Shown piece after piece: positions 52,501 to 64,000 of a stretch of DNA of 64,000 nt. A program made the translations under genes and the position numbers. This stretch comes from Lytechinus pictus (lineage: Eukaryota). The stretch covers positions 18,168,001 to 18,232,000 of the forward strand of contig NC_087252.1 of NCBI RefSeq assembly GCF_037042905.1, given 5' to 3'. How positions within the stretch are numbered: the first letter of the stretch is position 1; the number at the start of each line of letters is the position of its first letter. The notes beneath the pieces were generated by a model, which saw nothing but the letters and a program-made list of their open reading frames with translations, did not search any database and was not told the DNA's origin.

Positions 52501-55500
52501 TGCTCAGAATTATATTATCAATGCAATGATATAGAAAAAACGGCGTTTCTGCGTTGCGTTGAAGGCGTTACGCGCGGAAACGCGCGCGCATACGTGTGGG
52601 CGCGCAAATTTTTGAAATGCTTAAAATGACCTAAAACGTACTTTACTTTGGTCAAAAAGTGATTTTGAGCATTTTAAAAATTTGACGAGCGCGTACGCGC
52701 GCGTCGTGACCTCCAGGTGACCTTTGATGACATGACCTGTTGACACTTGACCTGAAGTTGATGTGATGTTAACTTGATTGATTTTTGATAATTGATAATG
52801 GAGATATGATCGACAATGTGATTTTACAAAATGGCGCCTGGATGACGTCATCATGACCTGATGACCTTGAAAAAGTTGATTTTACTTGAAATCATAGGGC
52901 TTGATGACTGACAAAAATTTGAAGGAAATTGACCGTGTCGATTTCGAGTGAACGTGTGTACAAAAAAGTGTACGGAAGAAATAAAAATAAACTAGATTTT
53001 AATTCGTCATGCGGACGAATTAGGTGGTCTGTCCTTATTCTCGCCATCATGATCACTATTACCATGTTCAAGCAGATCAATATGATCTTCATGATGACAA
53101 CGGAATGTTCATTATGGATGGAATACTTGTGAAAAGACGGGAGATGATAAAGCACTGTGAAAAGGGTCTCTTTGATATATGAAAATACATGTGATATGAA
53201 AAAAGTTATTATAATCTGTTTAATCTTGCTAAATTTTAACTTTCATACCTTTTAATTATCATAAAGGATCATGTACGAGGTGGTAAAAAGAAAAAAAAAA
53301 GAAAAAAAAAATCGTCTTGTTCACCCCCAGGACTCGAACCTGCGCCCCCGAGAACTCAAGTCAAGTGCGTTATCCATTGAGCCACGATATTCCCCATAGA
53401 GATTACACGTTCCCATAGAGATTACACGTAAGCAAATTTGAGAATTACAAATCCAATTTTGCAAGCGAAAAACGGGCATGATCCTGGCATCTGATCGAAA
53501 ATTGGAGGGCACACTCCCGAAAGCTTAGAATCTCAGCTACATCATACCAAAAGCTCAGGGATAACTAACAAGAAAAAATGGAGATATAGCTCACGAAATA
53601 GAGGAATGTAGAATCTAGTTTTGAGAAAAAGTCATGTCCCATAGAGATTACACGTAAAATGAGGAAAAATGACATGCCTCTTTTCATCGCAATTTTACAC
53701 CATGATGCGTTTTTCAAAATGAAAATTCATGTATACTGACGAGAAATAGTACATTCTAAACTACAACATATCGAAATCTGGGCGACAAATGATCAATATT
53801 CACGGAGTTATGATCAAATTTGCATAAATTTGATGACGTCATTTTTGAAAAAATGAAATTTTCAGTTTAGGCGCAATTTTGATGACGTCATGATCAAATT
53901 GAGGGACAATGGTGACATGAAATCAAATTTACAACTCATACTCTATCGATATATGAAAAAAAATTGGGGGTCAACGGACTATTTAAAGAGCTACAGTGAA
54001 TTTTTAATAGGCATGTTTTTGCCCGTATATGGCCTATAGTAAGAGCTCGCGCGCACACGTGCTGCAAAGTTTAACGGGTGTTAATTTCGTTATTAATGGT
54101 CGTAGAAGGTTGATCAAGGTATCAAATTGCTCAGAATTATATTATCAATGCAACGATATAAAAAAAACGGCGTTTCTGCGTTGCGTTGAAGGCGTTACGC
54201 GCGGAAACGCGCGCGCATACCTGTGCGTGCGCAAATTTTTGAAATGCTTAAAATGACCTACAACGTACTTTACTTTGGTCAAAAAGTGATTTTGAGCATT
54301 TTAAAAATTTGACGAGCGCGTACGCGCGCGTCGTGACCTCCAGGTGACCTTTGATGACATGACCTGTTGACCCTTGACCTGAAGTTGATGTGATGTTAAT
54401 TTGATCGATTTTTGATAATTGATAATGGAGATATGATCGACAATGTGATTTTACAAAATGGCGCCTGGATGACGTCATCATGACCTGATGACCTTGAAAA
54501 AGTTGATTTTACTTGAAATCATAGGGCTTGATGACTGACAGAAATTTGAAGGAAATTGACCATGTCGATTTCGAGTGAACGTGTGTACAAAAAAGTGTAC
54601 GGAAGAAATAAAAATAAACTAGATTTTAATTCGTCATGCGGACGAATTAGGTGGTCTGTCCTTATTCTCGCCATCATGATCACTATTACCATGTTCAAGC
54701 AGATCAATATGATCTTCATGATGACAACGGAATGTTCATTATGGATGGAATATTTGTGAAAGTCGGGAGATGATAAAGAACTGAAAAGGGTCTCTTTGAT
54801 ATATGAAAATACATGTGATATGAAAATAGTAATTATAATCTGTTTAATCTTGCTAAATTTTAACTTTCATACCTTTTAAATACCAAAAAGGATCATGTAC
54901 GAGGTGGTAAAAAGAAAAAAAAATGAAAAAAAAATCATGTTGTTCACCCCAGGACTCGAACCTGCGCCCCGAGAACGCAAGTCAAGTGCGTTATCCATTG
55001 AGCCACGATATTCCCCATAGAGATTACACGTTCCCATAGAGATTACACGTAAGCAAATTTGAGAATTGCAAATCCAATTTTGCAAGCGTAAAACGGGCAT
55101 GATCCTGGCATCTGATCAAAAAATGGGGGGCATATTCCGAAAGCTTAGAATCTCAGCTACAATATATTTAAAGCTCAGAGATAACTGATAAAAGAAAATG
55201 GAGATATAGCTCACGAAATAGAGGAATGTAGAATCTAGTTTTGAGAAAAAGTCATGTCCCTTAGAGATTACACGTAAAATGAGGAAAAATGACATGCCTC
55301 TTTTCATCGCAATTTTACACCATGATGCGTTTTTCAAAATGAAAATTCATGCAACTGACGAGAAAGAGTACATTCTAAACTACAATATATCGAAATCTGA
55401 GCGAAAAATGATCAATATTCAAGGAGTTATGATCAAATTTGCATAAATTTGATGACGTCATTTTTGAAAAAATGAAATTTTCAGTTTAGGCGCAATTTTG

Positions 55501-58500
55501 ATGACGTCATGATCAAATTGAGGGACAATGGTGACATGAAATCAAATCTACAACTCATACTCTATCGATATATGCAAAAAAAATTGGGGTCAACGGACTA
55601 TTTAAAGAGCTACAGTGAATTTTCAATAGACATGTTTTTGCCCATATATGGCCTGTAGTGAGAGCTCGCGCGCACACGTGCTGCAAAGTTTAACGGGTGA
55701 TAATTTCGTTATTACTTGTCGTAGAAGGTTGATCAAGGTATCAAATTGTTCAGAATTATATTATAAATGCAATGATATAAAAAAAACTGCGTTTCTGCGT
55801 TGCGTTGAAGGCGTTACGCGCGGAAACGCGCGCGCATACGTGTGCACGCGCGTTTTTTTGCAAAATGCTTAAAATGGCCTGAAACGTATAGAAAATTAAT
55901 TTGGAACGAATTTGAGCATTTTAAAATTTTAATGCGCACGTACGTGCGCGCGCGGAATTTGATGAAATTTTTAGTTGACCGTTGACCTGAAGTTGATGTA
56001 TACCAAATATAGTTGATTTTTGATGACTCGTTATCGAGATATGATAATGACCTGATTTTTACAAAAAGGCGCCTTGATGACGTCACGATGACCTAATGAC
56101 CTTGAAAAAAGGAGGACACACTTCCGAAAGCTTAGAATCTCAGCTACATCATACCAAAAGTTTAGGAATAACTAACAAGAAAAAATGGAGATATAGCTCA
56201 CGAAATAGAGGAATGTAGAATCTAGTTTTGAGAAAAAGTCATGTCCCATAGAGATTACACGTAAAATGAGGAAAAATGACATGCCTCTTTTCATCGCAAT
56301 TTTACACCATGATGTGTTTCTCAAAATGAAAATTTATGTTAACTGACGAGAAAGAGGACATTCAAAACTACAACATATCGAAATCTAGGCGAAAAATGAT
56401 CAATATTCACGGAGTTATGATCAAATTTGCATAAATTTGATGACGTCATTTTTGAAAAAATGAAATTTTCAGTTTAGGCGCAATTTTGATGACGTCATGA
56501 TCAAATTGAGGGACAATGGTGACATGAAATCAAATCTACAACTCATACTCTATCGATATATGCAAAAAAAATTGGGGTCAACGGACTATTTAAAGAGCTA
56601 CAGTGAATTTTCAATAGACATGTTTTTGCCCATATATGGCCTGTAGTGAGAGCTCGCGCGCACACGTGCTGCAAAGTTTAACGGGTGATAATTTCGTTAT
56701 TACTTGTCGCAGAAGGTTGATCAAGGTATCAAATTGTTCAGAATTATATTATCGGTGCATTGATATAAAAAAATTTGGCGATTCTATGTTGGAAGATGCA
56801 ATTACGCGCGAAAACGCGCGCGCATGTGCGTGCGCGCGTTTTTTTGCAAAATGCTTAAAATGGCCTGAAACGTATGGAAAATTAATTTGGAACGAATTTG
56901 AGCATTTTAAAATTTTAATGCGCGCGTACGTGCGCGTCGAGGTGCGCGCGCAAAATTTGATGGAATTTTTAGTTGACCGTTGACCTGAAGTTGATGTATA
57001 CCAAATATAGTTGATTTTTGATCACTCGTTATCGAGATATGATAATGACCTGATTTTTACAAAATGGCGCCTGGATGACGTCACGATAACCTAATGACCT
57101 TGAAAAAGTTGATTTTACTAGAAATCATAGAGCTTAAGGACTGACAGAAATTTGAAGGAAATTGATCATGTCAATTTCGAATGAACGTGTGTACAAAAAA
57201 GTGTACGGAAGAAATAAAAATAAACTAGATTTTAATTCGTCATGCGGACGAATTAGGTGGTCTGTCCTTATTCTCGCCATCATGATCACTATTACCATGT
57301 TCAAGCAGATCAATATGATCTTCATGATGACAACGGAATGTTCATTATGGATGGAATACTTGTGAAAGACGGGAGATGATAAGGCACTGTGAAAAAGGTC
57401 TCTTTGATATATGATAATACATGTGATATGAAAAAAGTAATTATAATCTGTTTAATCTTGCTAAATTTTAACTTTCATACCTTTTAAATACCATAAAGGA
57501 TCATGTACGAGGTGGTAAAAAGAAGAAAAAAAAAGAAAAAAAAATCACCTTGTTCACCCCCAGGACTCGAACCTGCGCCCCCGAGAACTCAAGTCAAGTG
57601 CGTTATCCATTGAGCCACGATATTCCCCATAGAGATTACACGTTCCCATAGAGATTACACGTAAGCAAATTTGAGAATTACAAATCCAATTTTGCAAGCG
57701 AAAAACGGGCATGATCCTGGCATCTGATCGAAATATGGAGGGCACACTTCCGAAAGCTTAGAATCTCAGCTACATCATACCAAAAGCTCAGGAATAACTA
57801 ACAAGAAAAAATGGAGATATAGCTCACGAAATAGAGGAATGTAGAATCTAGTTTTGAGAAAAAGTCATGTCCCATAGAGATTACACGTAAAATGAGGAAA
57901 AATGACATGCCTCTTTTCATCGCAATTTTACACCATGATGCGTTTTTCAAAATGAAAATTCATGTTTATTGACGAGAAAAAGTACATTCTAAACTACAAC
58001 GTATCGAAATCTGGGCGAAAAATGATCAATATTTACGGAGTTATGATCAAATTTGCATAAATTTGATGACGTCATTTTTGAAAAAATGAAATTTTCAGTT
58101 TAGGCTCAATTTTGATGACGTCATGATCAAATTGAGGGACAATGGTGACATGAAATCAAATCTACAACTTATACTCTATCGATATATGAAAAAAAAATTG
58201 GGGTCAACGGACATTTTAAAGAGCTACAGTGAATTTTCAATAGACATGTTTTTGCCCATATATGGCCTGTAGTGAGAGCTCGCGCGCACACGTGCTGCAA
58301 AGTTTAACGGGTGATAATTTCGTTATTACTTGTCGTAGAAGGTTGATCAAGGTATCAAATTGTTCAGAATTATATTATAAATGCAATGATATAAAAAAAA
58401 CTGCGTTTCTGCGTTGCGTTGAAGGCGTTACGCGCGGAAACGCGCGCGCATACGTGTGCGCGCGCAAATTTTTGAAATGCTTGAAATGACCTGAAACGTA

Positions 58501-61500
58501 CTTTACTTTGGTCAAAAAGTGATTTTGAGCATTTTAAAAATTTGACGGGCGCGTACGCGCGCGTCGTGACCTCCAGGTGACTTTTGATGACATGACTTGT
58601 TGACCTTTGACCTGAAGTTGATGTGATTTTAATTTGATTGATTTTTGATGACTCGTTATCGAGATATGATAATGACATGATTTTTACAAAATGGCGCCTG
58701 GATGACGTCACGATGACCTAATGACCTTGAAAAAGTTGATTTTACTTGAAATCATAGGGCTTGATGACTGACAGAAATTTGAAGGAAATTGACCATGTCG
58801 ATTTCGAGTGAACGTGTGTACAAAAAAGTGTACGGAAGAAATAAAAATAAATAAAGAATAAATAAATAAAGAAAGAAAATTCTAGCGAAATCAATAGGTG
58901 ATCTGTCGTTGACAGACCACCTAATAAATAAATAAAGAATAAATAAAGAAAGAAAATTCTGGCGAAATCAAGAGGTGATCTGTCGTTGACAGACCACCTA
59001 ACTAGATTTTAATTCGTCATGCGGACGAATTAGGTGGTCTGTCCTTATTCTCGCCATCATGATCACTATTACCATGTTCAAGCAGATCAATATGATCTTC
59101 ATGATGACAACGAAATGTTCATTTTGGATGGAATACTTGTGAAAGACGGGAGATGAGAAGGCACTGTGAAAAGGGTCTCTTTGATATATGAAAATACATG
59201 TGATATGAAAAAAGTAATTATAATCTGTTTAATCTTGCTAAATTTTAACTTTCATACCTTTTAATTATCATAAAGGATCATGTACGAGGTGGTAAAAAGA
59301 AAAAAAAAATCATCTTTTTCACCCCCAGGACTCGAACCTGCGCCCCCGAGAACTCAAGTCAGGTGCGTTATCCATTGAGCCACGATATTCCCCATAGAGA
59401 TTACACGTTCCCATAGAGATTACACGGAAGCAAATTTGAGAATTACAAATCCAATTTTGCAAGCGCAAAACGGGCATGATCCTGGAATCTGATCGAAAAA
59501 AAAGGTGACACTTTCGAAAGCTTAGAATCTCAGCTACATCATACCAAAATCTCAGGGATAACTAACAAGAAAAAATGGAGATATAGCTCACGATATAGAG
59601 GAATGTAGAATCTAGTTTTGAGAAAAAGTCATGTCCCATAGAGATTACACGTAAAATGAGGAAAAATGACATGCCTCTTTTCATCGCAATTTTACAACAT
59701 GATGCGTTTTTCAAAATGAAAATTTATGTTAACTGTTGAGAAAGAGTACATTCTAAACTACAACATATCGAAATCTGGGCGAAAAATGATCAATATTCAC
59801 GGAGTTATGATCAAATTTGCATAAATTAAGATGACGTCATTTTTGAAAAAATGAAATTTTCAGTTTAGGCGCAATTTTGATGACGTCATGATCAAATTGA
59901 GGGACAATGGTGACATGAAATCAAATCTACAAGTCCTACTCTATCGATATATGAAAAAAAATTGGGGTCAACGGACTATTTAAAGAGGTATAGTGAATTT
60001 TCAATTGCCCCTTTTTTTTGGCCATATATGGCCTGTAGTGAGAGCTCGCGCGCACACGTGCTGCAAAGTTTAACAGGTGATAATTTCGTTATTACTTGTC
60101 GTAGAAGGTTGATCAATGTATCAAATTGTTCAGAATTATATTATCGGTGCATTGATATAAAAAAATTGGCGATTCTATGTTGGAAGATGCAATTACGCGC
60201 GAAAACGCGCGCGCATGTGCGTGCGCGCGTTTTTTTGCAAAATGCTTAAAATGGCCTGAAACGTATGGAAAATTAATTTGGAACGAATTTGAGCATTTTA
60301 AAATTTTAATGCGCGCGTACGTGCGCGTCGAGGTGCGCTCGCGGAATTTGATGAAATTTTTAGTTGACCGTTGACCTGAAGTTGATGTATACCAAATATA
60401 GTTGATTTTTGATGACTCGTTATCGAGATATGATAATGACCTGATTTTTACAAAATGGCGCCTGGATGAAGTCACGATGACCTAATGACCTTGAAAAAAG
60501 GAGGGCACACTTCCGAAAGCTTAGAATCTCAGCTACATCATACCAAAAGCTCAGGGATAACTAACAAGAAAAAATGGAGATATAGCTCACGAAATAGAGG
60601 AATGTAGAATCTAGTTTTGAGAAAAAGTCATGTCCCATAGAGATTACACGTAAAATGAGGAAAAATGACATGCCTCTTTTCATCGCAATTTTAGACCATG
60701 ATGCGTTTTTCAAAATGAAAATTTATGTTTATTAACGAGAAAAAATACATTCTAAACTACAACATATCGAAATCTGGGCGAAAAATGATCAATATTCACG
60801 GAGTTATGATCAAATTTGCATAAATTTGATGACGTCATTTTTGAAAAAATGAAATTTTCAGTTTACGCGCAATTTTGATGACGTCATGATCAAATTGAGG
60901 GACAATGGTGACATGAAATCAAATCTACAACTCATACTCTATCGATATATGAAAAAAAATTGGGGGTCAACGGACTATTTAAAGAGCTACAGTGAATTTT
61001 CAATAGGCATGTTTTTTCCCATATATGGCCTATAGTAAGAGCTCGCGCGCACACATGCTGCAAACTTTAACGGGTGTTAATTTCGTTATTAATGGTCGTA
61101 GAAGGTTGATCAAGGTATCAAATTGCTCAGAATTATATTATCAATGCAATGATATAGAAAAAACGGCGTTTCTGCGTTGCGTTGAAGGCGTTACGCGCGG
61201 AAACGCGCGCGCATACGTGTGCGCGCGCAAATTTTTGAAATGCTTAAAATGACCTGAAACGTACTTTACTTTGGTCAAAAAGTGATTTTGAGCATTTTAA
61301 AAATTTGACGAGCGCGTACGCGCGCGTCGTGACCTCCAGGTGACCTTTGATGACATGACCTGTTGACCCTTGACCTGAAGTTGATGTGATGTTAATTTGA
61401 TTGATTTTTGATAATTGATAATGGAGATATGATCGACAATGTGATTTTACAAAATGGCGCCTGGATGACGTCATCATGACCTGATGACCTTGAAAAAGTT

Positions 61501-64000
61501 AATTTTACTAGAAATCATAAAGCTTGATAACTGACAGAAATTTGAAAGAAATTGACTATGTCGATTTCGAGTGAACGTGTGTACAAAAAAGTGTACGGAA
61601 GAAATAAAAATAAACTAGATTTTAATTCGTCATGCGGACGAATTAGGTGGTCTGTCCTTATTCTCGCCATCATGATCACTATTACCATGTTCAAGCAGAT
61701 CAATATGATCTTCATGATGACAACGGAATGTTCATTATGGATGGAATACTTGTGAAAGACGGGAGATGATAAAGCACTGTGAAAAGGGTCTCTTTGATAT
61801 ATGAAAATACATGTGATATGAAAAAAGTTATTATAATCTGTTTAATCTTGCTAAATTTTAACTTTCATACCTTTTAATTATCATAAAGGATCATGTACGA
61901 GGTGGTAAAATGAAAAAAAAAATGAAAAAAAAAATCGTCTTGTTCACCCCCAGGACTCGAACCTGCGCCCCCGAGAACTCAAGTCAAGTGCGTTATCCAT
62001 TGAGCCACGATATTCCCCATAGAGATTACACGTTCCCATAGAGATTACACGTAAGCAAATTTGAGAATTACAAATCCAATTTTGCAAGCGAAAAACGGGC
62101 ATGATCCTGACATCTGATCGAAAAATGGAGGGCACACTTCCGAAAGCTTAGAATCTCAGCTACATCATACCAAAAGCTCAGGGATAACTAACAAGAAAAA
62201 ATGGAGATATAGCTCACGAAATAGAGGAATGTAGAATCTAGTTTTGAGAAAAAGTCATGTCCCATAGAGATTACACGTAAAATGAGGAAAAATGACATGC
62301 CTCTTTTCATCGCAATTTTACACCATGATGCGTTTTTCAAAATGAAAATTCATGTTTACTGACGAGAAAGAGTACATTCTAAACTACAACATATCGAAAT
62401 CTGGGCGACAAATGATCAATATTCACGGAGTTATGATCAAATTTGCATAAATTTGATGACGTCATTTTTGAAAAAATGAAATTTTCAGTTTAGGCGCAAT
62501 TTTGATGACGTCATGATCAAATTGAGGGACAATGGTGACATGAAATCAAATTTACAACTCATACTCTATCGATATATGAAAAAAAATTGGGGGTCAACGG
62601 ACTATTTAAAGAGCTACAGTGAATTTTTAATAGGCATGTTTTTGCCCGTATATGGCCTATAGTAAGAGCTCGCGCGCACACGTGCTGCAAAGTTTAACGG
62701 GTGTTAATTTCGTTATTAATGGTCGTAGAAGGTTGATCAAGGTATCAAATTGCTCAGAATTATATTATCAATGCAACGATAAAAAAAAACGGCGTTTCTG
62801 CGTTGCTTTGAAGGCGTTACGCGCGGAAACGCGCGCGCATACCTGTGCGTGCGCAAATTTTTGAAATGCTTAAAATGACCTGAAACGTACTTTACTTTGG
62901 TCAAAAAGTGATTTTGAGCATTTTAAAAATTTGACGAGCGCGTACGCGCGCGTCGTGACCTCCAGGTGACCTTTGATGACATGACCTGTTGACCCTTGAC
63001 CTGAAGTTGATGTGATGTTAATTTGATCGATTTTTGATAATTGATAATGGAGATATGATCGACAATGTGATTTTACAAAATGGCGCCTGGATGACGTCAT
63101 CATGACCTGATGACCTTGAAAAAGTTGATTTTACTTGAAATCATACGGCTTGATGACTGACAGAAATTTGAAGGAAATTGACCATGTCGATTTCGAGTGA
63201 ACGTGTGTACAAAAAAGTGTACGGAAGAAATAAAAATAAACTAGATTTTAATTCGTCATGCGGACGAATTAGGTGGTCTGTCCTTATTCTCGCCATCATG
63301 ATCACTATTACCATGTTCAAGCAGATCAATATGATCTTCATGATGACAACGGAATGTTCATTATGGATGGAATACTTGTGAAAGACGGGAGATGATAAAG
63401 CACTGTGAAAAGGGTCTCTTTGATATATGAAAATACATGTGATATGAAAAAAGTAATTATAATCTGTTTAATCTTGCTAAATTTTAACTTTAATACCTTT
63501 TAATTATCATAAAGGATCATGTACGAGGTGGTAAAAAGAAAAAAAAATGAAAAAAAAATCATCTTGTTCACCCCCAGGACTCGAACCTGCGCCCCCGAGA
63601 ACTCAAGTCAAGTGCGTTATCCATTGAGCCACGATATTCCCCATAGAGATTACACGTTCCCATAGAGATTACACGTAAGCAAATTTGAGAATTACAAATC
63701 CAATTTTGCAAGCGAAAAACGGGCATGATCCTGACATCTGATCGAAAAATGGAGGGCACACTACCGAAAGCTTAGAATCTCAGCTACATCATACCAAAAG
63801 CTCAGGGATAACTAACAAGAAAAAATGGAGATATAGCTCACGAAATAGAGGAATGTAGAATCTAGTTTTGAGAAAAAGTCATGTCCCATAGAGATTACAC
63901 GTAAAATGAGGAAAAATTATATGCCTCTTTTCATCGCAATTTTACACCATGATGCGTTTTTCAAAATGAAAATTTATGATAACTGACGAGAAAGAGTACA
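43523..64000 (-). mobile_element. Tandem array of a non-autonomous Helentron/DINE-1-like rolling-circle element (1.6 and 2.6 kb units)
   Basis: Minus-strand 3' ends (subTIR GACAGACCACCTAAT, hairpin AATTCGTC-CGCAT-GACGAATT, CTAGTT) with CTAG at 43525, 46137, 48756, 50382, 52992, 54619, 57225, 59002, 61615 and 63241. The 5' subTIR, nearby inverted repeat and microsatellite occur only at ~58850-59000. Confidence 0.85.
43841..43917 (-). ncRNA. tRNA(Arg)-like Pol III cassette, first of 10 copies (others at ~46465, 49084, 50696, 53320, 54943, 57553, 59319, 61943, 63567)
   Basis: A box TGGCTCAATGG, B box GGTTCGAGTCC, downstream T-run. The acceptor stem does not pair, so it is not a canonical tRNA. 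Confidence 0.7.

Noticed and set aside
44484..63759. Dozens of recurring 63-120 aa ORFs (MACSESSRAH..., MTSSRRHFVK..., MKIILICLN...)
   Set aside because: They are by-products of the tandem repeat: they overlap on both strands, frameshift between copies and show no recognisable domain.

Overview
AT-rich, intron-containing animal genomic DNA made mostly of transposon-derived sequence. The repeat landscape suggests an echinoderm such as a sea urchin, but this is unverified inference. (1) 147-5919, minus strand: four phase-compatible exons of a gene for a coiled-coil protein resembling the N-terminal part of BEN/DUF4806-type proteins. Its introns are full of MITEs, and it lies just inside a probable EnSpm/CACTA terminus at 6875. 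(2) ~8850-13150: probable heavily decayed tyrosine-recombinase (DIRS/Ngaro) retroelement. (3) ~16700-22120: disrupted CR1/L2-group LINE with an antisense L2-like LINE inserted in it; the insert has a cluster of apparent A-to-G changes. (4) 22353-31940: four-level nest of Academ > RNase H LINE > foldback with head-to-head ~190 bp satellite arms > CR1-group LINE. (5) ~34230-35200: a well-folding tRNA-like gene with a TCA anticodon inside a terminal-repeat element, next to a Penelope-type end with a minimal hammerhead ribozyme. (6) 41437-43010, minus strand: last two exons of a GAPR-1/GLIPR2-like CAP gene. (7) 43523-64000: >20 kb tandem array of a Helentron/DINE-1-like rolling-circle element, each unit carrying a tRNA-derived Pol III cassette. 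Most short ORFs in the supplied track are spurious. All family assignments come from motif recognition by eye, not from database searches.
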